In this document: piece by piece, positions 1 through 7,655 of the stretch
Position numbering within the stretch: position 1 is the stretch's first letter
How the letters are laid out: each line of letters opens with the position of its first letter
IMG/VR virus record: IMGVR_UViG_2565956714_000007
Location: 1 to 15,029 of that record
Direction: 5' to 3' (one strand)
Source: a virus
Lineage: Duplodnaviria > Heunggongvirae > Uroviricota > Caudoviricetes
Length of the DNA: 15,029 nt
Translations under genes and position numbers: made by a program
The notes under the pieces: model-generated
The model's input: only the letters and a program-made list of their open reading frames with translations
What the model was told of the DNA's origin: nothing
Database searches by the model: none

Positions 1-519
1 CTAAATGGATAATTGCATGTCAAGGCTTTTAACAGCAACATGCTTAACTTTCTCAACACGTTTACGCATTTTGAAAGCATTTTGCATTGGCTGGTACAAA
101 ACAAATAACGACGCTTTCAGGATGTCGTCAATTTCGTTTCTACAGGTTGCCAGTGAAGGTTTTCTCCATCCCTCGCCACCACGTCCACACATCTTGCGTG
201 GCTTTGCAGTCGCGTGATAGTAGGATGCAATTGCTCGCTTAGATGAACCATGAGCGTAGTAGCTGAGGAGGATGCCAAAGGCTTTCTTGTCAATGCACAT
301 GACGGAATCGACGACCTGAGAAATCAACATTCCATCATCATCATTGCACATTGGCCTTGTCATAACTCTTCCCGGCTCTACGCTCTCCATGAACTTCGCT
401 ATTACGCTGCTCATACGCTTTTCCAGACGACCTGAATAAACCCATGCGCCCCACAGTTCAAGCCAGCCATTCAGCCACTCATGATGTTCTTTGGTGAGGT
501 TTAGTTCTCTTATGCCCAC
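1..519 (-). CDS. Q: Late-gene antiterminator Q, phage 21/QuuD-like family (172 aa)
   Basis: Complete ORF with stop at the window edge. Motifs LELWGAW and RPMCNDDD...YYAHG resemble the Q21/QuuD-type antiterminator family. Position is the last gene of the nin-phosphatase-Q series on the early rightward strand. Start overlaps the stop of the upstream phosphatase gene. Confidence 0.75.
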   Translation of the reverse strand: MGIRELNLTKEHHEWLNGWLELWGAWVYSGRLEKRMSSVIAKFMESVEPGRVMTRPMCNDDDGMLISQVVDSVMCIDKKAFGILLSYYAHGSSKRAIASYYHATAKPRKMCGRGGEGWRKPSLATCRNEIDDILKASLFVLYQPMQNAFKMRKRVEKVKHVAVKSLDMQLSI

Positions 520-1181
520 GCGCCTTCTCCCTGTACCTGAATCAATGTGAGATTTCCGCAGAACACTGCCCCAGTATCGATATACATCTGGTTGGCAAAT
601 TTGAGTGGTTTCACTGCTGGCGTATGACCAAAGATAAACGTGTCCGCGCCTTTAATTTCTTTAACGATCCCGTCTTGTGAGTTGCTGATTCGTTCGCGGT
701 TCCAGATTACCTGCTGATGATCAACTGGCTTTCCAAATTCGTATTCGTCACAAGGATAATCGGCGTGGCAGATGACATATTTTTTACCTTTGCTCACCAG
801 TTCGATGATTAACGGAAGTTCTTCTGCTTTATGGGCAAGAGCTTTAGCCAGAATTTCTTTGTCGTAATCGAGATTAAAGAACCAGCCACCGCCATTAAGC
901 AGCCAGTGATTAACGTTTCCACGCTCTGATAAGCCATCAATCATCATTTGCTCATGGTTTCCACGTACAGCTCTGAACCAGGGGAATGTGATTAATTCCA
1001 GGCATTCAACGTTCTCTGCACCACGATCAACCAAATCGCCCACCGAGATAAGCAGGTCTTTTTTGTTGTCGAATCCAATCGTATCCAGTTTGTTCATCAG
1101 GTTCGTGTAGCATCCGTGCTGATCGCCAACTACCCAAATATTTCGGTATTTGCTGCCATCAATTCTTTCGTAGATATTCAT
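510..1181 (-). CDS. Ser/Thr protein phosphatase, lambda PPase (orf221/NinI)-like, calcineurin-type metallophosphoesterase (223 aa)
   Basis: Metallophosphatase motifs in order: VVGDQHG, GDLVDRG, GNHE, and GHT near the C-terminus. RBS GAGG upstream of the ATG. ATGA start/stop overlap with ninG. Sits between ninG and Q as in lambda. Confidence 0.9.
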   Translation of the reverse strand: MNIYERIDGSKYRNIWVVGDQHGCYTNLMNKLDTIGFDNKKDLLISVGDLVDRGAENVECLELITFPWFRAVRGNHEQMMIDGLSERGNVNHWLLNGGGWFFNLDYDKEILAKALAHKAEELPLIIELVSKGKKYVICHADYPCDEYEFGKPVDHQQVIWNRERISNSQDGIVKEIKGADTFIFGHTPAVKPLKFANQMYIDTGAVFCGNLTLIQVQGEGAWA

Positions 1182-1789
1182 GCAGCCTCACTTCTGCTGT
1201 TTCGCAGTTTTTTAAGTTTCTGTTGATACTCCGCCTTGATGGTCCTGCACTCTTCGACAGTCCAGCGATGGCGGTTATGGTTTGATTCGATTTCGTCTAC
1301 TGCTTCCTGCCCGATGCGGTTAATCAGTTCGACGCGATACGGAACGAGATTTCCGCTTTTGTGCTGGTTGCACACCACGCATTGCTTGTGAATATTGCGT
1401 TCATCAAATCGGAGTTGAGGCGCCGCAGCAGTTGTCCGGTAATGCCCGGCATCCCACTGAGCAGACGTGAGCGTTCCGCACGAGATACATGGTAAGTCGC
1501 GGTCTCTTTCTCTGATGAAGGCGTTTACGGCTTGTTGGGCTTGTTTAATCCAGTAACTGCGGGGCTTTAAGGCGAGTTTTCGAATCTTAAGTTTATCTTT
1601 CTGTTTCTGCTCCTCTCGTCGTCGTTTCTTCTCTGCTGCCTTTTCCGCTTTTTCGCGTTCTTTGCTTCGTCGTTCGAGTGCTATCTTGGTTCCACACTCT
1701 GGAGAGCACCACCACTGATTGGCGAATGCAGGGTGAAACCATTCCCGACATTCATCGTTTTTACATCGTCTTCGCGCTGGTTTAGCCAT
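1178..1789 (-). CDS. ninG: NinG (Rap) recombination protein (203 aa)
   Basis: Cys-rich N-terminus ([10 protein letters not shown]...WWCSPECG), basic Lys/Glu-rich stretch and C-terminal C..C/H motifs typical of lambda NinG; same length class as lambda NinG (204 aa). Position between ninF and the phosphatase. Confidence 0.85.
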   Translation of the reverse strand: MAKPARRRCKNDECREWFHPAFANQWWCSPECGTKIALERRSKEREKAEKAAEKKRRREEQKQKDKLKIRKLALKPRSYWIKQAQQAVNAFIRERDRDLPCISCGTLTSAQWDAGHYRTTAAAPQLRFDERNIHKQCVVCNQHKSGNLVPYRVELINRIGQEAVDEIESNHNRHRWTVEECRTIKAEYQQKLKKLRNSRSEAA

Positions 1790-1952
1790 CGTCTTCTTCC
1801 TCGTGCATCGAGCTATTCGGATCGCTCATCAGTTCTGCGCAGCAGTGCTCACACACGTGAACTTCCAGCACATGCAGCTTCTGACCGCAGTTAGCGCACG
1901 TTAAAGCTCGCTCGACACTTCCTTGTTCGTAACTTCGATTTTGGTCAATCAC
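1782..1952 (-). CDS. ninF: NinF-like small zinc-binding protein (56 aa, GTG start)
   Basis: Hand translation of the minus strand gives [56 protein letters not shown], close to lambda NinF as I recall it. Absent from the ORF track because it is under 60 aa. GTG start overlaps the ninE stop (GTGA) and the stop overlaps the ninG start. Confidence 0.7.
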   Translation of the reverse strand: MIDQNRSYEQGSVERALTCANCGQKLHVLEVHVCEHCCAELMSDPNSSMHEEEDDG

Positions 1953-2131
1953 CTTGTTTTCCTCGCACGTTCTCTAAGCCACCGGATATCCCACAGGTGA
2001 GCCGTGTAGTTGAAGGTTTTTACGTCAGATTCTTTTGGGATTGGCTTGCGTTTATTTCTGGAGCGCTTCGTTGGAAGGTATTTGCAGTTTTCGCAGATGA
2101 TGTCGGTGATACTTCGTCGCTGTCGTCTCAT
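1949..2131 (-). CDS. ninE: NinE-like protein (60 aa from an internal Met of the 80-aa track ORF)
   Basis: [60 protein letters not shown]. Starting at this Met gives a 60-aa product with an ATGA overlap onto the ninB stop; the longer N-terminal extension would overlap ninB heavily. Confidence 0.65.
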   Translation of the reverse strand: MRRQRRSITDIICENCKYLPTKRSRNKRKPIPKESDVKTFNYTAHLWDIRWLRERARKTR

Positions 2132-2568
2132 GCCGCCCTGTCTCCCCATCGCGCTTTCCACTCCAGAGCCAGTCGCGCTTCGTCTGACCACTTAACGCCA
2201 CGCTCTGTACCGAATGCCTGTATAAGCTCTAATAGCTCCGCAAATTCGCTTACACGCATCCTGCTGGTTGACTGGCCTATTACCACAAAGCCATTCCCGG
2301 CAAGGTTAGGAACAACGTCCTGCTGCTTTAATGCTGCTGTAAAAACGCACTTCCAGCTTTCTGCATCCAGCCAGCGACCATGCCATTCAACCTGACGAGA
2401 GACGTCACCAAGGCAAGCCCAAAGCTTTCGATTCTGGTCTAAGCTGCGGTTGCGTTCCTGAATGGTTACTACGATTGGTTTGGTTGGGTCTGGAATGATT
2501 TGCTGTACTGCGTGAATAGCGTTCTGCTGATGGATGTGGCTTCTTAGTTCAAACGTTAGTTTCCTCAT
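2128..2568 (-). CDS. ninB: NinB (Orf-family recombination mediator, 146 aa)
   Basis: Length identical to lambda NinB (orf146). RBS GGAG 8 nt upstream of the ATG. Followed directly by ninE/ninF/ninG; ninC and ninD are absent. Confidence 0.85.
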   Translation of the reverse strand: MRKLTFELRSHIHQQNAIHAVQQIIPDPTKPIVVTIQERNRSLDQNRKLWACLGDVSRQVEWHGRWLDAESWKCVFTAALKQQDVVPNLAGNGFVVIGQSTSRMRVSEFAELLELIQAFGTERGVKWSDEARLALEWKARWGDRAA

Positions 2569-2785
2569 GGGATGAACTCCAGTTTGCGATGTTAAATTCC
2601 CATTTAATTACCTTTGCATACCCAATTTTGAACCCATCAATACCTATCCACCGATTGCCACTCCAATAAGCTGTACCACTTTGCTTGAAATGATGTGGAT
2701 GCCTAGATTGAGTGGTCACAGTTACAGGTAAATATGGCTTCGGGTATTCCCCATTCCCTGGATAACCAGATTTAATTTTGCTCAT
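2549..2785 (-). CDS. Hypothetical protein (78 aa), AT-rich accessory gene
   Basis: ORF with RBS GAGAGGG before the ATG and an ATGA overlap with the upstream 108-aa gene. Visibly more AT-rich than the flanking nin genes. No recognisable motifs. Confidence 0.5.
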   Translation of the reverse strand: MSKIKSGYPGNGEYPKPYLPVTVTTQSRHPHHFKQSGTAYWSGNRWIGIDGFKIGYAKVIKWEFNIANWSSSHEETNV

Positions 2786-3108
2786 TGATACCCTCTCTCA
2801 CTTAATCGCGCCCACGCTTCGTTAAACTCTTCTCGGGTTGCGCCGGATTTTCTTTCTTCAAACATCATGCATTCGCTGATGTCTCCCCATGACTTTGGTC
2901 GCTTTTCAGCGAACAGATCATCCCATTCGAATACCCAGCGTCCTGATTTTCGGTAGTGGTAAATGGTCAGCCATGTTGTGCTGTTCGCTGGATACCCATA
3001 GAGAACTTCGACTTTTTGATCACGGTCTTTATGCTTTTTCAGCAGGATAAAGCCAGCAACCAGCGAAGCTCCGGCAAGAATGATGATTGGAATTTGCCAG
3101 TCAGCCAC
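2782..3108 (-). CDS. Hypothetical membrane-anchored protein (108 aa, GTG start)
   Basis: N-terminal hydrophobic helix (IPIIILAGASLVAGFILL) followed by a charged soluble domain. RBS GGGAG/AGGGAAG upstream of the GTG. Occupies the ninA position between ren and ninB. Confidence 0.5.
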   Translation of the reverse strand: MADWQIPIIILAGASLVAGFILLKKHKDRDQKVEVLYGYPANSTTWLTIYHYRKSGRWVFEWDDLFAEKRPKSWGDISECMMFEERKSGATREEFNEAWARLSERGYQ

Positions 3109-3122
3109 ACTTCCCTCTCCCC

Positions 3123-3155
3123 CAAATAAAAAGGCCTGCGATTACCAGCAGGCCT
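3123..3155 (-). terminator. Intrinsic terminator-like hairpin downstream of ren (minus-strand sense)
   Basis: 8-bp perfect stem AGGCCTGC/GCAGGCCT (3132-3139 / 3148-3155) with an 8-nt loop, followed on the minus-strand transcript by TTTTTATTT. Confidence 0.6.
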
Positions 3156-3180
3156 GTTATTAGCTCAGTGATGTAGATGG

Positions 3181-3471
3181 TCATTGCCTTACCTCCATAA
3201 GCGCCCTATTAATAAACGCCGTCATTGGATTTGCACATCCCCACCCCGTACCATCTGGATTTCTTTTAATTGGCTCCTTCTTCACTTTGCGTTTTGCATA
3301 AATAACCGTCTTCCACTTACGCTCAACAACACTCAAATGTCCTTGTTTCACCATATGCCTTGCTGCTTGAGCGATTCTGTTATTTGGTATTCCGGTGATC
3401 AGTGCTAATTCATGTGGGGAGAATTGTTCATGAGTTTTCAGATATTCCAGGATGATTTCTTTTCCAGTCAC
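3181..3471 (-). CDS. ren: Ren-like protein (96 aa)
   Basis: Same length and MTGKE start as lambda Ren, with scattered similarity to my recollection of the lambda sequence. ATGA overlap with the upstream DnaC-like gene. Lies between the replication genes and the nin region. Confidence 0.65.
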   Translation of the reverse strand: MTGKEIILEYLKTHEQFSPHELALITGIPNNRIAQAARHMVKQGHLSVVERKWKTVIYAKRKVKKEPIKRNPDGTGWGCANPMTAFINRALMEVRQ

Positions 3472-4313
3472 GATCTGCTCCTGTAACTATCCCATGTAAA
3501 CGCAAGAGTGCACCCGCCGCCATCATTCATCCTGTCAATAACACGCTCACCAATGAATGCAGACAGTTCATCTTTGCTCTGGTTGCTAATCAGGATTGTT
3601 GGCTTCATGCGCTCGTAGCGGGTGTTGATGATTTCGAACATGATCATCTTTTCCGCCTCGCTTCCAAACTGCACACCAACCTCATCGATAATTAGCAGGT
3701 CAGGTTTAGTGAACTGTCGGATCACTTCATCCTCTGTGCGGGTGGAGTTTTTCGACCATGTTGATTTATATTCTCTGGCAATTTTCAGCGCCGTTGTGAA
3801 AATAGCTGAGCTTTGATGTTCCGTAATTGCGTGCCGGGCGATAGCCAGTGCAAGATGATTCTTTCCAGTACCAGGCTTTCCACACATAACCAGCCCACCG
3901 CCTTTCTGTAACCTCTCAGGCCATTTGCTGGCGTATGCCTGACACACCCTGAGCACTCTCTTTGCATCGTCGTTGACTGGCTCGTAGTTCTGTAGTGTGC
4001 AACCCTTGAATCGTTCAGGAATATCAAGATTATTCAACAGAAACTCGACATTGCGCTTACGTGATTCCTCGTCGATTTTAATCTTCTCTGCCTGTAGCCG
4101 AATAAGCTCATCTCTCATGCATTCCGGGCATTCGCTAGGTCTTGAGGCAAACTTAATTGGCCCAGTCGAGTAACGGTTACGCTGCTCAAACTCACCATGT
4201 TTTTCACAGATGCCAGTGCCAATTTCTACAGATGTATGCTCGATAGCAATTGGCGGAGAACTCAATTCTGCAAGTTTTTTCTCCAGTTGGGAGATCTTTT
4301 CATCCAGCGTCAT
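3468..4313 (-). CDS. DnaC-like helicase loader / IstB-type AAA+ ATPase (replication protein P functional analogue)
   Basis: Walker A GKPGTGKNHLA, Walker B LLIIDEVG and a downstream arginine region typical of DnaC/IstB. Start placed at the second ATG (MTLDEK...), which has GGAG 6 nt upstream and sits 2 nt after the O stop; the track ORF extends to 4331. Confidence 0.85.
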   Translation of the reverse strand: MTLDEKISQLEKKLAELSSPPIAIEHTSVEIGTGICEKHGEFEQRNRYSTGPIKFASRPSECPECMRDELIRLQAEKIKIDEESRKRNVEFLLNNLDIPERFKGCTLQNYEPVNDDAKRVLRVCQAYASKWPERLQKGGGLVMCGKPGTGKNHLALAIARHAITEHQSSAIFTTALKIAREYKSTWSKNSTRTEDEVIRQFTKPDLLIIDEVGVQFGSEAEKMIMFEIINTRYERMKPTILISNQSKDELSAFIGERVIDRMNDGGGCTLAFTWDSYRSRS

Positions 4314-4315
4314 GT

Positions 4316-5158
4316 TCACTCCTGCGCCCATGAAGGCATTTCAGTTTGTCCGTAATCTTTGGTGGCAAAGTTTTCCTGCATAGCTCGATGCTGCGGCCTC
4401 GGTTGAGATTTCCCCTTTGGAGTCTTGGGCTCAAAAATCCCCTGCCAACCACTGGCGATGCTCTGGTTTATAATTTCTTCAGGTGTATATCCCTTCTCCA
4501 GACTTCTGCTTAGAACGTTGATAGCCTGAGTGACACTTTGCTTAGACTTGATCGACTTACCTATCTCCTTGCGATAGGTAACCCACGACAACCATGTTTC
4601 TGCTGATAACCAATCAGGCAACTCTGTTTCTAGCGGGTCGAACTTCTGAGAAACTTTTTTGGGGGATATAGGGGGTTTATTAATATTTTCTTTTGTCTTT
4701 AAAGAATGTCTTTTGTGTGTCTCTAACTTCGAGACATTGAGTGTCTCTAATTTGGGGACATTTTTTGTCTCTAACTTCGAGACAAAGTTGCTAACTTGGA
4801 GACACTTGCTGAATTGCCACGCAGATACCTCACTGTTTACACCGATTTGATTTCCATCCATAAACAGGCAATTCATTGAAATCAGTTCTTTTTTAGCCTT
4901 GTTAACATTCTGCCTTGACAGTCCTGTTAACTGAGCAATTTGCTCATCGGCTATTCGATCTGTTTTCTTATTGAATCCATATGTTTTCCGGACGTAGGCC
5001 AGCATAACTTTCAACTGGCGAGCGGTTAAATCGGCACTTGCGATAGCTTCCAGCAGCTCGTTAGCGAATCTGGTGTAACCATCATCGATATCAGCCACTC
5101 TTCGCTCCTGTTCAACAGGTTCACTCTTCGGCAGGTAAAATACTTCAGCAAGGCTCAT
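4316..5158 (-). CDS. Replication initiator, lambda O-like, with ori iterons inside the coding sequence
   Basis: N-terminal region resembles the phage O N-terminal DNA-binding domain. The central part of the protein (VSNFVSKLETKNVPKLETLNVSKLET) is encoded by the DNA iterons. Start placed at an internal Met (MSLAEV...) with RBS GGAGG; the track ORF extends to 5191 and would overlap the upstream gene by 47 bp. Confidence 0.8.
   Translation of the reverse strand: MSLAEVFYLPKSEPVEQERRVADIDDGYTRFANELLEAIASADLTARQLKVMLAYVRKTYGFNKKTDRIADEQIAQLTGLSRQNVNKAKKELISMNCLFMDGNQIGVNSEVSAWQFSKCLQVSNFVSKLETKNVPKLETLNVSKLETHKRHSLKTKENINKPPISPKKVSQKFDPLETELPDWLSAETWLSWVTYRKEIGKSIKSKQSVTQAINVLSRSLEKGYTPEEIINQSIASGWQGIFEPKTPKGKSQPRPQHRAMQENFATKDYGQTEMPSWAQE
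4718..4804. repeat. Origin of replication: four ~19-bp iterons at ~24-bp spacing, followed by an AT-rich segment (4676-4716)
   Basis: tgtctctaacttcgagaca (4718-4736), tgtctctaatttggggaca (4742-4760), tgtctctaacttcgagaca (4766-4784) and a degenerate copy gttgctaacttggagaca (4787-4804). Each is an inverted repeat TGTCTC...GAGACA. Architecture matches lambda ori inside O. Confidence 0.8.
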
Positions 5159-5789
5159 TTCCAACCTCCGCATCAAAGCATTGGGCTTCAAGAGACTTAA
5201 CCATCACCACACTGCCATCTGTATTAATAACTATCGATGAGTTATATTTGCTTATCAGTTGCTTCGCGTAATCAATTCCGGCGCGAATAAGGAAATTTTT
5301 CACCGCAGGAAGATGACCAACTACACTACCCAGACCTTGCTCTATAAGCTCCTCATTAAGATCAAGCTCATTTTCATGGCGAAAAGAAATGAATGAGTCG
5401 TAAATTGCGTATTCTGCCGTCTCGCCATTTCTTTCAGGGCCAACCAGCGCCCTTATTTCATTTAGAGATTCAGAAAGATCATTATCTTCAAGCTTGAAAA
5501 ACTCTCGATTATCACTAAGCCTCTCTTTTGCAAAGGCTTTATGAATGAGTTTTTCATCTGATGCGGGATTATTTGAATGAAAGGCTGCTATCACCTTAAA
5601 TGGCTTAGGAACGCCAGTAGAGGCTGAAATTTCTTTAGCCCTAACTTCTGGTGAATGCTTAGTCATCCCAATCTTATAAATTCCTGGCATGCACTCATTC
5701 GAAAGCACATAAACAAAGCCATTTGATTTAAAATCATCTGGCACCTTCATGCTCTTCAGAACCTGGAATTTGTCATTTTCGTATGTCAT
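5145..5789 (-). CDS. GIY-YIG-like (T5orf172-type) domain protein, 214 aa; accessory gene inserted between cII and the O-like gene
   Basis: N-terminal GFVYVL...PGIYKIGMT...R..E....P...IH..F...R...REFF pattern matches the T5orf172/GIY-YIG-like nuclease fold; C-terminal ~110 aa unassigned. Strong RBS AGGAG 6 nt before the ATG. Visibly AT-rich relative to cII and O. Confidence 0.7.
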   Translation of the reverse strand: MTYENDKFQVLKSMKVPDDFKSNGFVYVLSNECMPGIYKIGMTKHSPEVRAKEISASTGVPKPFKVIAAFHSNNPASDEKLIHKAFAKERLSDNREFFKLEDNDLSESLNEIRALVGPERNGETAEYAIYDSFISFRHENELDLNEELIEQGLGSVVGHLPAVKNFLIRAGIDYAKQLISKYNSSIVINTDGSVVMVKSLEAQCFDAEVGNEPC

Positions 5790-5823
5790 AATTACTCCTG
5801 TGGATTGATCCAGTCTTTCTACA

Positions 5824-6105
5824 TCAGGCCTCGAAGAATTCGCCGTTCTTCGGGGCTTTTTCTTTTGTCAGGTAATTGGCAAGCCGCTTAGTCAGCTCAG
5901 CCATTTCATCGTCTTCGATTCCGTATTCCAGAACAGCCAGCATCATGCTTACCTGCGAGAAGAAACCATTCTTCCATCGGCTTACCTGATATTCAGGAAC
6001 CCCCATTGCTCGAGCGAATGTCTTCTGCCCCATCAGTGCCAGTTTGTTCAGCAAGGCTGACTCGATGCGAGCCGCTTTCTTGCTTTTAGTTGCAATAGTA
6101 CCCAT
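5824..6105 (-). CDS. cII: CII transcriptional activator (93 aa)
   Basis: Strong similarity to lambda CII (RIESALLNK...SRWK...MLLAVLEYG...DDEMA). RBS AAGGA upstream. Immediately downstream of nutR and cro. Confidence 0.85.
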   Translation of the reverse strand: MGTIATKSKKAARIESALLNKLALMGQKTFARAMGVPEYQVSRWKNGFFSQVSMMLAVLEYGIEDDEMAELTKRLANYLTKEKAPKNGEFFEA

Positions 6106-6112
6106 AGATAAT
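6080..6112 (+). promoter_or_regulatory. Candidate PRE-like CII-activated promoter (TTGC-N6-TTGC box plus -10 GATAAT), antisense to cII/cro and directed toward cI
   Basis: TTGC (6080-6083), ttttag, TTGC (6090-6093) on the plus strand within the first codons of cII, exactly where lambda PRE sits; GATAAT at 6107-6112 is about 17 bp beyond the -35 position. Confidence 0.55.
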
Positions 6113-6181
6113 TTCCTTAATGATTAGATAGAGTTGGCTTCGCAAAGAAACGCAAAACCATAGAGATTTGTTTCTGGTAAT

Positions 6182-6213
6182 GCCCTTTTTCAGGGCGGGG
6201 ATGTGTAAGAGCG
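6182..6213 (-). promoter_or_regulatory. nutR (boxA + boxB) N-utilisation site
   Basis: Minus-strand boxA CGCTCTTAC (6205-6213) followed by boxB hairpin GCCCTGAAAAAGGGC (6182-6196), matching lambda nutR as I recall it; between cro and cII. Confidence 0.8.
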
Positions 6214-6221
6214 TTAATAAC

Positions 6222-6452
6222 TTAAGCGGCCATTAATTCAGGCCAGATGCTTTCCCAATCAACCGGATGAAGGTCTTTGCGAGTCACTTCACCATTGCTG
6301 AACTTCTCAATCAGAACACAAAGTGCTGCGCCCAATTCATGATTACGGCTAAGTGCTTTCCTCAAATAGCCGATAGAAGTTCCGCACTTGGTGGCAAATT
6401 CTCTCTGCTCTTCCAGTGAAAGGGAGTTCAGATACAAGCGGAGTTCTTCCAT
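6222..6452 (-). CDS. cro: Cro-like HTH repressor (76 aa)
   Basis: First gene of the PR operon, divergent from cI. HTH-like segment QREFATKCGTSIGYLRKAL. RBS GGGAAGGAG upstream of the ATG. Confidence 0.7.
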   Translation of the reverse strand: MEELRLYLNSLSLEEQREFATKCGTSIGYLRKALSRNHELGAALCVLIEKFSNGEVTRKDLHPVDWESIWPELMAA

Positions 6453-6484
6453 TTGCTATCTCCTTCCCGTTGTTGAATAAGATG

Positions 6485-6554
6485 AGTTTACCTGTAGGTA
6501 AAAAGCAAATCAATACCCATAGGTTATTTACCGGCAGGTAATCAAAGATAGAAT
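6485..6554. promoter_or_regulatory. OR region: divergent PR (toward cro) and PRM (toward cI) with repressor operators
   Basis: 12-bp operators of form TACCT-NN-AGGTA: TACCTGTAGGTA (6489-6500) and TACCGGCAGGTA (6529-6540), with a degenerate palindrome between (6514-6526). PR on minus strand: -35 TTGATT (6508-6513), 17-bp spacer, -10 TAAACT (6485-6490). PRM on plus strand: -10 TAGAAT (6549-6554) placed so the transcript would start at or near the cI ATG; no SD before cI, suggesting a leaderless mRNA as in lambda. Confidence 0.65.
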
Positions 6555-6560
6555 TAAATC

Positions 6561-7247
6561 ATGGATAAATACGAACAAAGACGACTAAGGCTGATAGAGA
6601 TAAGAGACCGATTCTGTAATGGAAAGGCCTCAGAGTTGGCTCGTCGAATAGAAAGGGAACCATCATACGTTTCCAGAATGCTGTATCCGGAAGGAAAAAG
6701 CGGAAAAAAACGCATTGCTGACGATATGATGGAACTAATTGAAAAATCTTTTAATCTCCCACGCGGATGGATGGACATGCTTGCAGATGGTAAAGCTGGA
6801 GCTACGGACCATCTTGAGTTTGCGGGTAACGTTCGTGCGGGTTTTGTTCCGGTAATTGGTGAAGCCGTTTTGGGAGTTGATGGCTCAGTGGATATGATTG
6901 AATTCAGATCCGGTTGGTTAAGCATCTACAGCGGCGATAAAGATGCTTACGGTCTGAAGGTTAAGGGTGACAGCATGTGGCCAAGGATTCAGTCAGGAGA
7001 ATATGTTGTTATTGAACCAAATACGCCAGTACATCCAGGTGATGAAGTCTTTGTAAGGACCAAAGACGGTCACAACATGATAAAGATCATGAACAAAACA
7101 AGAGACGGTGATTATCAGTTTAGTAGCATAAACAGTGATCACCGCCCAATCACTCTTCCTGTTGAAGAAGTTGATAAAATGCATTTTGTTTCAGCTATTG
7201 TGAAACACACCAGGTACGTAGACCAGGACGATCTGCCAAAAGTTTGA
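6561..7247 (+). CDS. cI: CI repressor (HTH N-terminal domain plus LexA/S24-type autocleavage domain), 228 aa
   Basis: C-terminal S24 peptidase-like region (GDSMWP... with a downstream Lys). Divergent from cro across an operator region. No SD upstream. Confidence 0.9.
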   Translation: MDKYEQRRLRLIEIRDRFCNGKASELARRIEREPSYVSRMLYPEGKSGKKRIADDMMELIEKSFNLPRGWMDMLADGKAGATDHLEFAGNVRAGFVPVIGEAVLGVDGSVDMIEFRSGWLSIYSGDKDAYGLKVKGDSMWPRIQSGEYVVIEPNTPVHPGDEVFVRTKDGHNMIKIMNKTRDGDYQFSSINSDHRPITLPVEEVDKMHFVSAIVKHTRYVDQDDLPKV

Positions 7248-7261
7248 GGATAAAGCAGCAA

Positions 7262-7558
7262 ATGTTTATACCCGGCATAGTAGTCGCTGTTGTAATCATC
7301 TGCTTCATATGGGCAAAGTTATCTCCTGTAAGCTCTAAGCATACAGCTGAACTCATGAGGAAGAAGAATCTTATACATGAGGCAGAATCGATAATTAAAA
7401 AGTTCAAAGGCATGTCATACGACGACATGTCATCAGAGCAGATTGCTATGTATAAATGCGCCATTGAGCGCCTTGACTACTTAAACGGACTCAAACCCAA
7501 ACACACCCCAGTAGAATCAAAATTGCCGCAATGGCCAAGCAATCCAAATAGCTTCTGA
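7262..7558 (+). CDS. Small membrane protein co-transcribed with cI (98 aa from ATG 7262; track ORF begins at TTG 7244)
   Basis: N-terminal TM helix (FIPGIVVAVVIICFIW) then a charged soluble domain. RBS GAGGA ~11 nt before the ATG. Lies between the cI stop and the immunity terminator, the lambda rexAB position. AT-rich. Confidence 0.55.
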   Translation: MFIPGIVVAVVIICFIWAKLSPVSSKHTAELMRKKNLIHEAESIIKKFKGMSYDDMSSEQIAMYKCAIERLDYLNGLKPKHTPVESKLPQWPSNPNSF

Positions 7559-7569
7559 CATCTCCTTTC

Positions 7570-7592
7570 AGCCCGCAAAGCGGGCTTTTTTA
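7570..7592 (+). terminator. Rho-independent terminator ending the cI operon
   Basis: Stem AGCCCGC/GCGGGCT with loop AAA, followed by TTTTTTAT. Confidence 0.8.
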
Positions 7593-7655
7593 TATCAATC
7601 CAAAAAATTAATTACCTGAAAATTCAAGCAGGTAAACTCTCACATCAATTTTATT

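Noticed and set aside
5-435. Track ORFs 5..217 and 250..435 on the plus strand
   Set aside because: They lie entirely antisense within the Q antiterminator gene, have no RBS, and Q gives the coherent protein; treated as shadow ORFs.
1997-2395. Track ORFs 1997..2395 and 2010..2195 on the plus strand
   Set aside because: Antisense to the overlapping ninE/ninB genes, which have recognisable lambda homologs and translational coupling.
3184-4027. Track ORFs 3184..3408, 3622..3816 and 3785..4027
   Set aside because: They overlap ren and the DnaC-like gene in alternative frames or strands and have no start signals.
4329-4331. Upstream ATG starts for the DnaC-like gene (4331) and the O-like gene (5191)
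   Set aside because: Both lack an RBS and would create long overlaps with the upstream genes; the internal ATGs with GGAG/GGAGG RBSs were preferred. The longer forms are not excluded.
4718-4804. Regularly spaced repeats considered as a CRISPR array
   Set aside because: Only four copies, no unique spacers, palindromic units inside a coding region next to an AT-rich tract: this is an iteron origin, not CRISPR.
4659-4850. Plus-strand track ORF 4659..4850 across the iteron region
   Set aside because: It is an artefact of the repetitive ori iterons inside the O-like gene, which is read on the minus strand.
6554-7464. Minus-strand track ORFs 6554..6925, 6993..7184 and 7195..7464
   Set aside because: Antisense to cI and the downstream membrane-protein gene; no RBS and low-complexity translations.
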